DNA of 64,000 nt from a bacterium (GTDB lineage Bacteria; Vulcanimicrobiota; Vulcanimicrobiia; Vulcanimicrobiales; SCRA01), in NCBI GenBank assembly GCA_004298675.1, contig SCRI01000025.1, forward strand, positions 1,332 through 65,331. Direction: 5' to 3'. Position numbers and translations under genes: made by a program. The notes beneath the pieces were generated by a model. It was not told the origin of the DNA. It saw only the letters and a list, made by a program, of their open reading frames with translations, and did not search any database. This document shows, one piece after another, positions 38,759 to 50,391 of this stretch; position 1 is the stretch's first letter, and each line of letters opens with the position of its first letter.

Positions 38759-39679
38759 CTAAGCGCTCCGGCGGCTCGCCGCACGGCGCGGGGCCTCCTC
38801 CATCTCCCGCTTGGCGATCTCCATGAAGGCCGAGAGAGCCGGCGAAAGCCACTTGTCGCGATGGCGGATGAGTTGGATGTGCTGACGGAAGGCCGGCACC
38901 GCGCAAGCGAGGGCCGCGACTCTGCCCTCCTCCAGCTCGACGCGCACCGACGTCCGCGCCGTCACGGCCAGCCCTACTCCGGCCTCGACGCAACGCTTGA
39001 TGGCCTCCACGCTGCCGAACTCGACCAGGGGCCCCGGCGAGGCGCCGCAGGCCGCCATAGCGGTAAAGAGCGGCTCGAGATACGTGCACGCCAGCCGCGG
39101 CACGACGAAGGTCTCGCCCGCCAATTCCTCCGGCCGCACCCGTTTGCGCGGTGCTAGGCGATGGTCGTGGGGGGCGATCACGATCAGCGACTCGCTCTGC
39201 AGCACCTCGGTCGAGATATCGGCTTGACGCACGCGTTCGTCGGCGAGAAAGGCGACGTCGAGCGTGCCGCCGCTCACAGCCGCCAGCAGACGCGAGCAGG
39301 CGTCGGGACGAATGGTCAGACGCACCTCGGGATAACGCTCGCGCATGCTCTGCAGCGTGCGCGGGAGCAGATCGGCGCAGAGCCATTCGCAGGCCCCCAC
39401 CGTCAACAGACCGGCGGGCTCTCCGCCCTCGGGCACCGAGTTGAGCGCCTCACGCTCGAGGTTCACCAGACGCTCGGCGTAACGGACCAGGCGTCGCCCG
39501 CTCTCCGTCAGCGCGATGCGTTTGCCCAAGCGCTCGAACAGCGGGGATCCAAGCTCGCGCTCGAGCGCCTGGACCTGCGCGGAGAGACTCGACTGTGCGT
39601 AGTTCAACTCCTCTGCGGCGCGCGTGAAACTCAAGGTCTTTGCCACCGTGAGAAAAGTCGAAAGGTTGCGCAGTTCCAT
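38759..39679 (-). CDS. LysR-family transcriptional regulator
   Basis: MELRNL.TF..VA...SFTRAAEELNYAQSSLS.QV..LE.ELG..LFER; RBS GGAG. Confidence 0.95.
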   Translation of the reverse strand: MELRNLSTFLTVAKTLSFTRAAEELNYAQSSLSAQVQALERELGSPLFERLGKRIALTESGRRLVRYAERLVNLEREALNSVPEGGEPAGLLTVGACEWLCADLLPRTLQSMRERYPEVRLTIRPDACSRLLAAVSGGTLDVAFLADERVRQADISTEVLQSESLIVIAPHDHRLAPRKRVRPEELAGETFVVPRLACTYLEPLFTAMAACGASPGPLVEFGSVEAIKRCVEAGVGLAVTARTSVRVELEEGRVAALACAVPAFRQHIQLIRHRDKWLSPALSAFMEIAKREMEEAPRRAASRRSA

Positions 39680-39689
39680 GCTTTTCTCC

Positions 39690-39717
39690 ATCGACGTGTT
39701 CGATGCAAACCATCGAA
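39690..39717. promoter_or_regulatory. LysR-type T-N11-A operator palindromes
   Basis: ATCGA-N5-TCGAT 39690-39704 and TTCGATG-N5-CATCGAA 39699-39717, between the divergent genes. Confidence 0.6.
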
Positions 39718-39786
39718 TCAATCGTGCACAACTATCCTAGCATGAAGGTACAATGGCGCTGAGGACATGCGGTAGAGGTAGCAACG

Positions 39787-40044
39787 ATGATCGAAGCAGC
39801 AAGCATCCTGACGGCGCTCATCGCGCTGGCCTACGCAAGCCAGCGCTGGGGTTACGACAGCAGAGACCGTGTGGAGAGCTCCGAATGGGCACGCCGCGGC
39901 GCGTGGTCCGCACGCACCGCCGCGCCAGCCGTTCAGGCTGCAGGCGCGGGGCGGCAATGCCGGCAGGGCCGGTATTCCGCCAGCGCGGCGGCACGGGCGT
40001 TCGAGAAGGCCACGCGATGGCTGCCGCTGATTCGCCGCGCGTGA
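39787..40044 (+). CDS. Small single-TM protein with RWGYDSRD motif
   Basis: RBS GAGG; hydrophobic N-terminus followed by RWGYDSRD...SEW.RR; divergent from the LysR gene. Confidence 0.55.
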   Translation: MIEAASILTALIALAYASQRWGYDSRDRVESSEWARRGAWSARTAAPAVQAAGAGRQCRQGRYSASAAARAFEKATRWLPLIRRA

Positions 40045-40712
40045 ACGCAACTCGGCAGACAGTAGACGTGGGTCGTGTCGCTGCCGACGAAGCGCTCGCC
40101 ACAGCGTGCCAACCGTTCCAGCTCCAATACGTCGACGCCCTCGCCCTCCAGCAGCAGGCGCTTGGCGGAGGAGCCCAACGCATACTCACCGAGCGATCCG
40201 TCGGTACGAACGACGCGGTGACAGGGCACCAGCAGCGGCACCGGATTGCCACCGAGCGCGGATCCCACCGCGCGCACGGCTTGGGGTCGGCCGATCTCCC
40301 GCGCCACCCAACCGTACGGACGCACCTCACCGAGCGGGATCTCCAGCGCCTTCTCCAAGACCGCGCGCTGGAACTCGCCACAGCCGCGCAGATCAAAACG
40401 CACGCGCGCGCGCCGATCTCCGGCTAGCCTGCGCGCCACCGCCTGCGCCGTCCCGCGGGGCGGCAACCCCGCATACACGCGACGGTGGAAGCGCTCGAAA
40501 TGCTCGCGCTCAAAGGCCGCCTCGCCCCGCAAAGCGGGGACTACGGCGCTGATGCCGCGCTCGCTGAAGGCGACGAAGAGCGGACCGACCGCGCTCTCCT
40601 CGCGCCAGTACCGGTCCGCCAAGCCTACCCGCTCGAGCACTGCGGGCAGCAGCGTTGCAGGCGCAGGGCGTGCGCGCAGGCTCCTCAACTCCGCCACGAT
40701 CCGTTCCTCCAT
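39933..40712 (-). CDS. Methylated-DNA--protein-cysteine methyltransferase with C-terminal Ada Zn-binding domain
   Basis: IPLGEVRPY, RAVGSAL..NP...LVPCHRVV; C-terminal TTHVYCLPSC...YRPCRHC. Confidence 0.92.
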   Translation of the reverse strand: MEERIVAELRSLRARPAPATLLPAVLERVGLADRYWREESAVGPLFVAFSERGISAVVPALRGEAAFEREHFERFHRRVYAGLPPRGTAQAVARRLAGDRRARVRFDLRGCGEFQRAVLEKALEIPLGEVRPYGWVAREIGRPQAVRAVGSALGGNPVPLLVPCHRVVRTDGSLGEYALGSSAKRLLLEGEGVDVLELERLARCGERFVGSDTTHVYCLPSCVHARRISGSHRVAFSNARAAALAEYRPCRHCRPAPAA

Positions 40713-40713
40713 C

Positions 40714-41304
40714 TCACGATACCTCCGCCGCGTTCAACGCTTCGCGCAGCTTGCCCACGCCGCGATGCACGTAGACTTTCACCGTGCCGAGCGGCTGCCG
40801 CAGAATCTCCGCGATCTCCGCGTAGGTCAACCCGTCAATGTGGCGCAGCGTCAGCGGCGAGCGCAGGCGCTCGGGCAGCGCCGCGATCGCTGCGGCCAAC
40901 CCGCGTGCCGCTTCGGCGCGCTCGACGACTGCCTCAGGGCGCTCCCAGGGGCGATCGGCCAACTCCAAGGGCGTGCCGTCATGACGCTCTAGCGGAACGC
41001 GCGGCACGCTCTTCCGGCGCACGCGGTTGCGCACGACGTTGAGCAAAATGCGATAGAGCCACGGCCGTAGCGCCAGCGCGCCTATCCGTTCCGGCCCGTA
41101 ACGCGCCAACGCGCGATAGGCTCGCACGAAGGCGTCCTGGGCGGCCTCCTCGGCGTCTCCGGCGTCGCCCAACAGATGATACGCGCAGCCGAAGAGGCGA
41201 TGTTGGTAGCGGGCTACCAGCGTCTCGAACGCACCGTCTAGATCGGCGGCCAACGCCGCCAATAACGTTCGTTCCCGCTTGCCCGCTTCGACCGAGCCTT
41301 GCAC
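40714..41304 (-). CDS. ECF RNA polymerase sigma factor
   Basis: AFETLVARYQ, DAEEAAQDAFVRAY, PWLYRI and GLTYAEIAEIL..PLGTVK..VHRG. Start uncertain (GTG at 41304 chosen). Confidence 0.92.
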   Translation of the reverse strand: MQGSVEAGKRERTLLAALAADLDGAFETLVARYQHRLFGCAYHLLGDAGDAEEAAQDAFVRAYRALARYGPERIGALALRPWLYRILLNVVRNRVRRKSVPRVPLERHDGTPLELADRPWERPEAVVERAEAARGLAAAIAALPERLRSPLTLRHIDGLTYAEIAEILRQPLGTVKVYVHRGVGKLREALNAAEVS

Positions 41305-41313
41305 GCCAACAGA

Positions 41314-41340
41314 AACACGGAGCGGCTGCAATCCGTTACA
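41314..41340 (-). promoter_or_regulatory. Putative ECF autoregulatory promoter
   Basis: Minus strand TGTAAC-N15-CGTGTT ending 9 nt upstream of GTG 41304; AAC/CGT pattern typical of ECF promoters. Confidence 0.55.
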
Positions 41341-41428
41341 GAGTCCCGCCCCGCAATGGGACCAAAGTCCCATGCGCAAGAGCGCTTCGCCGCAGGGTGG
41401 GCCGCGCGCAAGTCCGCGAAATGCACCT

Positions 41429-42097
41429 GTGATGCATCGCACAGAGGCACTTCCGCCGCCGATCGACCCAGCCTGGCAGGCGTGGGTCACGGAGTGCTGC
41501 GACCCCTACGCTTGGCGCAAGCTCCACGCCGCGGTTGCCGGCATGGCCGCGACCCCACCGACGCTGGCTGACGTGCTCTCATGGCAAGACAGCGGCATCG
41601 TGCCGCCGGCCGATCAGGCCTGGGCGTTGGGCGAGGTCCTCTTCGATGCGGGCATCGCCTGCGCCAGTGGTCTCGCCGCACTATGGTTCGCCGGCCGCCT
41701 GCCGGCGATCGTCTGCATCATGGCATCGCGCGGCGGCCGCTGGCCCCAGATCCTTCACGCGCTGGCCTTGGCAACGGCACCGCGCGCAGTCGTCGATTCA
41801 CAACCCGGCGGCCTCGCGCTCGTTCCCAGCCCCTATCGCGAGATCGTCACGCTCACCGGCACCGAACGCGCCACGTTGCGCGAGCTTTGGCGCACGTGGG
41901 GTGGACGGCCCCGCCTTCCGGCACCGACCTCCGGATACTATCGCGGCCTGCACGAGATCGTCGCCGACGTCGACGCACCTCCGGCGGAGCGCCGGCGCCT
42001 GCTCGATGCGATGCTCTGCGCCGACCTCCCCAGCGGCTGGCCGCACGCGGGTCACGGCGAAAGCGAACCCGCGAATCTGCGCGCTGCCAGCGGCTAA
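41429..42097 (+). CDS. Hypothetical protein
   Basis: ORF fills the gap between the ECF and narI genes; possible degenerate HTH (TLADVLSWQ.SG..P). Confidence 0.45.
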   Translation: MMHRTEALPPPIDPAWQAWVTECCDPYAWRKLHAAVAGMAATPPTLADVLSWQDSGIVPPADQAWALGEVLFDAGIACASGLAALWFAGRLPAIVCIMASRGGRWPQILHALALATAPRAVVDSQPGGLALVPSPYREIVTLTGTERATLRELWRTWGGRPRLPAPTSGYYRGLHEIVADVDAPPAERRRLLDAMLCADLPSGWPHAGHGESEPANLRAASG

Positions 42098-42768
42098 GGG
42101 CGGGCGCCCCGGCGGTACCACATGACGACCTGGTAAGGACGCCAGAGGTAACCCAACGGCAACGACACCAGATGAACCAGGCGCGTGAACGGGAAGAGCA
42201 CTACGAGCAGGAACCCACCGGCCGCGTGGAGCTTCACGAGCATTGGCAGCGGGGTCACGGACTGCAGCGACGGCGAAAGCGTCGCCAGCGACCAGAGCCA
42301 GGCACCCGCGGTTGCCGGATACCAGAGGCCGCCAAAACGCAACGTCACCGCGATCGCGGCACCCAGCACCACCTGCCCCAACAGAACCAGCAGCAGGACC
42401 ACGTCCATCGGCGTCGTCACCGCGCGCACGCGCGGGTTCAGCAGCCGGCGCGTAAACAACGCGACCAGTCCCGCGATCGAGAGCAGACTCAAACCGACAC
42501 CCAGCACCTCGAGCGGGTAGGCGCGCCCGCCTCCGAGCAGATCGATCCACGGTTGCGGTGCCAGCCACGCCAGCGTATGCGCGGCGAGGATGAAGAGGAT
42601 CGCGTAGTGCCACGGCACGGAGCCCCAGAAGAGCCTCGAGCTCTCGAGAAACTGCGAGGAGAGGCTCGAGTACGAGAAGCGGGCGCCGACGAAACGGTAG
42701 ATTCCGACGACGACCGCGAGAGCCACGGCAAGATAAGGGAAGACCGCAAACCAGAAGAGCTCAGACAT
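42094..42768 (-). CDS. narI: Respiratory nitrate reductase gamma subunit (cytochrome b)
   Basis: PYLA, SSLSSQFLE, WHYAI...AH, KLH and FPFTRLVH motifs. Confidence 0.95.
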   Translation of the reverse strand: MSELFWFAVFPYLAVALAVVVGIYRFVGARFSYSSLSSQFLESSRLFWGSVPWHYAILFILAAHTLAWLAPQPWIDLLGGGRAYPLEVLGVGLSLLSIAGLVALFTRRLLNPRVRAVTTPMDVVLLLVLLGQVVLGAAIAVTLRFGGLWYPATAGAWLWSLATLSPSLQSVTPLPMLVKLHAAGGFLLVVLFPFTRLVHLVSLPLGYLWRPYQVVMWYRRGARP

Positions 42769-43297
42769 CGCGTGTCCCTCCCACGGGAACGGCGGCGAAC
42801 AGCGCCTCCAGCGTGGCACCAAGCGCGCGCAGCAGCGCGCCATAGGGGTTGCCACCATCGAGCGCGGCGATCATCGTGCGCAGCGCCGGCGCGATCAGGT
42901 CGATGGCGATCTCCCGGGCCAATTCGTCATCCTCACAGACGGCGGCGAAGCGCACGATCGCGGAGAGATGATCCGGCAGATCCCATTCCGGCAACGTAAA
43001 GGCTTGCGCCGCATAGGTCTGGCGCAGCATCGACATGAGCGCGCCGCGCTTGAAGCTTTCACCGAAGAGATGGTAGCCGACGTACGGACAGCAGACGGGG
43101 CTGAGATCGAACGTCGTCGTGTACCGCTCCTGGACGCGCGCGAGCGGTTCGCCGCCAAGCGCATTCACCGCCCCTTCCACGTCCGGCTCCGGGCCGAACG
43201 TGGAGGACAGCCGCCGCACGCGCTCCTGCAGATCCGCGCCCGGATACTCCAAGAGATCGGCGAAACAGGCGAGACGCGCACGCTGCTCTACACTCAT
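42761..43297 (-). CDS. narJ: Nitrate reductase molybdenum cofactor assembly chaperone
   Basis: LLEYP, QERYTTTFD, YHLFGES.KRG and LPDHL motifs. Confidence 0.93.
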   Translation of the reverse strand: MSVEQRARLACFADLLEYPGADLQERVRRLSSTFGPEPDVEGAVNALGGEPLARVQERYTTTFDLSPVCCPYVGYHLFGESFKRGALMSMLRQTYAAQAFTLPEWDLPDHLSAIVRFAAVCEDDELAREIAIDLIAPALRTMIAALDGGNPYGALLRALGATLEALFAAVPVGGTRDV

Positions 43298-44787
43298 GCT
43301 CCCCGTTTCGGCCTGGCACGGAAGCCAAAGCCGGTCTCGCCTTTCTGCGAGAGCGGATCGTTCCAGAGTTCCTCGATCGCGGCATCCCGTTGATAAGGCG
43401 GGATGACGAATCGCTCGTCGTACGTGGGCAGCGACGTGAGTTTGAAGATTCCGTCGGCCTCATCCGGAGTCAGGCCGACCTCGGCCAGCATCGACCCCGC
43501 CTTCTCCTTGCTGATATCGCCCACACTGACGGAGCGGCGGTGCGCGCGAACGGCGATCAACCGCCGCAGCACGTAACTGACCGGCGCGATGTCGCCCGCC
43601 GAGAAGAGGTTGGCCATGAACTGGAGCGGTACGCGCGCTTTGTCGATCGTGCCGAAGAACTCGGTCTCCTCGATGTCATACGAGCCCTTCTTCATCGAAG
43701 CCATGACCGGCGAGAGCGGCGGAATATAGAACAGCATCGGCAGCGTCCGGAACTCCGGATGCAGCGGGAGAGCGAGATGCCAGCGCTTGACGAACTTGTA
43801 GACGGGGGAACGCTGAGCCGCGTCGATCCACTCGTCGCTGATGCCGTTCTTCTTCGCCGCAGCGATGACGGCGGGATCGAAGGGATCGAGAATCATCTCG
43901 CGCTGCGCCTCGACCAGGCGTTGCTCATCCACCTTGGCGGTCTCCTCGATGCGGTCCGCGTCGTACAGGACTACGCCTAGGTAGCGGATGCGCCCCACAC
44001 ACGAGTGGAAGCACGCCGGCGCCTGACCCGTCTCCAGGCGCGGGAAGCAGAGCACACACTTCTCCGATTTGCCGGTCGACCAGTTGTAGTAGACCTTTTT
44101 ATAGGGGCAGCCGGAGATGCACATGCGCCAGCCGCGGCATTTCTCTTGGCTGACCAGCACGATGCCGTCCTCGCCGCGCTTGTAGATCGCCCCCATGGGG
44201 CAGGCGGCGGAACAGCCGGGATTGGCACAGTGGTTGCAGATGCGCGGGAGATAGAAGAATACCATGCGCTCCAGGTCTGTGAGCTGGCGGCGCTCTTCTT
44301 CATCCAGGCCCTTCAGGTTGGGATCGTTGGCGGCGTAGACCGGCGAGCCACCGAGATCGTCGTCCCAGTTCGGGCCGGCCTCGATGTCCATGTACTCGCC
44401 GCTGACCATCGAGACGGGGCGCGCCGTGGGCTGATCGTCGCCCTCGGGCGCATCGAAGAGATCCTGATACTTGTAGGTCCAGGGCTCGTAGTAGTCGTCG
44501 AGCTGAGGCAGACGCGGATTGTAGAAGATGTTGCCGAGCGCGCCGCCTTTGCGCTGCAGCTTCAGGCGCAGCTCGTTGCCGTCGACCATCCAGCCGCCGC
44601 GGTACTTCTCCTGATCCTCCCAATGCGTGGGGTAGCCCGTTCCGGGCTTCGTCTCCACGTTGTTCCACCACATGTACTCGGCGCCCTTACGATCCGTCCA
44701 TACATTCTTGCAGGCGACGGTGCAGGTGTGGCATCCGATGCACTTGTCCAGATGGAACACCATGGAGATCTGGCGGCGAATGTCCAT
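43294..44787 (-). CDS. narH: Respiratory nitrate reductase beta subunit
   Basis: ATG at 44787; LDKCIGCHTC, RICNHC.NP.C, KCRGWRMC and EKC.LC Fe-S motifs. Confidence 0.97.
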   Translation of the reverse strand: MDIRRQISMVFHLDKCIGCHTCTVACKNVWTDRKGAEYMWWNNVETKPGTGYPTHWEDQEKYRGGWMVDGNELRLKLQRKGGALGNIFYNPRLPQLDDYYEPWTYKYQDLFDAPEGDDQPTARPVSMVSGEYMDIEAGPNWDDDLGGSPVYAANDPNLKGLDEEERRQLTDLERMVFFYLPRICNHCANPGCSAACPMGAIYKRGEDGIVLVSQEKCRGWRMCISGCPYKKVYYNWSTGKSEKCVLCFPRLETGQAPACFHSCVGRIRYLGVVLYDADRIEETAKVDEQRLVEAQREMILDPFDPAVIAAAKKNGISDEWIDAAQRSPVYKFVKRWHLALPLHPEFRTLPMLFYIPPLSPVMASMKKGSYDIEETEFFGTIDKARVPLQFMANLFSAGDIAPVSYVLRRLIAVRAHRRSVSVGDISKEKAGSMLAEVGLTPDEADGIFKLTSLPTYDERFVIPPYQRDAAIEELWNDPLSQKGETGFGFRARPKRGA

Positions 44788-44798
44788 CGTGACTCCCC

Positions 44799-48412
<3,614 letters not shown>

Positions 48413-48416
<4 letters not shown>

Positions 48417-48913
48417 CGAGTGCTCCTACTCACGAGGGCACGCCGCACGCCGGTCAGACGCTTGCGCCAGATGACCGCCATTGCGACGAGCGCGACGATC
48501 GCAAAGAGCAGGCCCAGCAGCGGAAAGCGCGCCGCGTCCCGCTGCGGCGCCGCGCTCGCGACGGCGCCCAGATACGCGATGACGTCGGCTCGCTCCGCCG
48601 CCGTGAGCGGATGCCGCGCGAAGACCGGCTGCATCGACGGAAAAGCGATCGTCGCCAAAACCGGCTCCAGATTCTTCGCGCCGCCGTAACGCGTGAATAC
48701 CGTCGTCAGATCGGGGCCATACGTTCCGCCGGCCGCCCCCGCGCTATGGCATGCGATGCACGGCGTGCCTCCGTTCTGCATGCGAACCGCGCCGCTGAAC
48801 AACCGCGCCCCCAACGCCGCATCTCCGCCCGCAGGCGCCTGCGCCGACACGAGCCCCGGCACGGCGATCGCCAGGAACAGCAGGACCAACATCCATCCCA
48901 CGCGTGCTGCCAT
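48413..48913 (-). CDS. Membrane-anchored monoheme cytochrome c (NarC-like)
   Basis: Signal peptide, CIACH heme motif, GPDLT, distal Met in FPSMQP, C-terminal TM; stop overlaps the narG start. Confidence 0.88.
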
Positions 48914-48919
48914 GGCCAC

Positions 48920-48955
48920 ACCCTAGCCCGCCGCGGTTCCACCCCGGTTCCACCC
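48920..48955 (-). promoter_or_regulatory. nar promoter with 11-bp tandem direct repeat (candidate SARP site) and leaderless -10
   Basis: Minus strand GGGTGGAACCG-GGGTGGAACCG (48955-48934), 8 nt, TAGGGT, 6 nt, ATG 48913. Confidence 0.6.
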
Positions 48956-49008
48956 GCCCCCGTGGCGATCACGCGAGCATCGCGTGCGCAGTCGCAACGT
49001 CAGCGGCG

Positions 49009-49145
49009 GGGCGAGCGACGTCGCCCCTGAGGGGGCTCTGAGGCGCGCGCGGAGCCATGGATGGCGAGAGCGCGCGCGAAGGCAGTAGGAGCGGTGCAGG
49101 ATCGCACCGCGACGCGCGGCCCCTCAGGGGCGATGTCGCTCGCCC
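49009..49145. repeat. 26-bp inverted repeat enclosing a structured spacer
   Basis: GGGCGAGCGACGTCGCCCCTGAGGGG 49009-49034 versus CCCCTCAGGGGCGATGTCGCTCGCCC 49120-49145, one mismatch. Confidence 0.8.
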
Positions 49146-49171
49146 AGACGCGGGCAAGCGCGCACAGGAGC

Positions 49172-50299
49172 CTAGGCGCGCATGGCGTGGTAGAGGGCTT
49201 GGGTTTCCTCGAGCGGGAGGACGCCCAGTTCTTCGTGCAGAGCGCGGGCGCACATCTGGTACTGGCGCAACGCATCGGCGCGGCGGCCGTGGCGCCAGAG
49301 GAGCGCCATGAGATCGCGGTGGACGTCCTCGAGACACGGGTCGACTTCGAGAGTGCGGCGGTAGGCGGCAACGGCAGCCTCGACCTCCCCGCCGTCGTCA
49401 TGGAGGCGTGCGGCCCGGCGCAGCACAGTCATGTACGTCTGACGAAGCTCGCTCCGGCGCTCTCGGCACCAGTCGCTATACGGCTCGTCCTCGAGATAGT
49501 CGCCAACGTAGAGCTGTGCCGCGGCTTCGAAGGCGGCAAGGGCTGGTTCCCGGCAGCCCAGACGCTCCTGGCGCACGCCCTCATTGGAGGCGGCGAGGAA
49601 CTCCTTGGCATCCAGACGGTGGGGCGACGCAACGTCAAAGGCGTAGCCCTCGCCCTCGGTCATGACAAACGCGGCACGCGAGCCGCCGGCAGCCCCGAGG
49701 CCGCGGCGCAAGTAGTGGACCGCCACTTTCAGCATCGTGACGGCGTCCTTAGGTGGCAGTTCCGGCCAGAGCATCTCCACGAGCTCGTCACGGGCGACGA
49801 TCCGGCCATAGTTGGTGAGCAGGATCTTCAGCACCGTCAACGGACGCCGGCGCACGAAGCCGCCGGCAGGCAGGACGGCGCCGCCGCGCGTCGCCGTGAA
49901 GGTGCCCAGACAACGCAGATCGAGGGTCGTGGCGACGGTGCGGCGCTGCTCCAAGAGGATCAAGACGTTGCCCGAGGCCTCATCGGGGCGCATCGCAACC
50001 CCTGCGGAGAGGTGCAGCGGCCGTCCTTGACTGTCGCTGGCGACCAGCCCGCTTGGCCGCGCGGCGCCAGCCGCAGCATCGTTCAGGCTGCGTTTGATCG
50101 GGCAGCGCGCCCCGCTGCAGAGCGGCCGCCCGTCGGCATCCCGGCAGACGACGATCTCGTAGCAGCGGTGCCGTAGCGCCTCGCGAGAACTCCGGCCGAA
50201 GAGCCTACCGGCGGCCGCACTCCAGCCGACGATGCGCCAGCGGCCGTCGATGAGAACGCTCGCGGTACCGGCGCCAAGCGGCGCCCCCGAATCTTCCAT
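49172..50299 (-). CDS. PAS + winged-HTH + BTAD (SARP/DnrI-type) transcriptional activator
   Basis: PAS (LID..WRIVGWS.AA.RLFG) with C-x5-C-x8-C-x4-C; LRCLG.F, RDELVEMLWP, LY.GDYL....YSDW and DP.LED.HR.LM. Confidence 0.88.
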   Translation of the reverse strand: MEDSGAPLGAGTASVLIDGRWRIVGWSAAAGRLFGRSSREALRHRCYEIVVCRDADGRPLCSGARCPIKRSLNDAAAGAARPSGLVASDSQGRPLHLSAGVAMRPDEASGNVLILLEQRRTVATTLDLRCLGTFTATRGGAVLPAGGFVRRRPLTVLKILLTNYGRIVARDELVEMLWPELPPKDAVTMLKVAVHYLRRGLGAAGGSRAAFVMTEGEGYAFDVASPHRLDAKEFLAASNEGVRQERLGCREPALAAFEAAAQLYVGDYLEDEPYSDWCRERRSELRQTYMTVLRRAARLHDDGGEVEAAVAAYRRTLEVDPCLEDVHRDLMALLWRHGRRADALRQYQMCARALHEELGVLPLEETQALYHAMRA

Positions 50300-50391
50300 G
50301 CGCAGACCCTCGCGGGCGGCGGTTACACGACGATCATGGCCGATCGCCCCTGCGGGCGTGGGGAAACTGCCGAGAAGGAACTGAGAACCCG

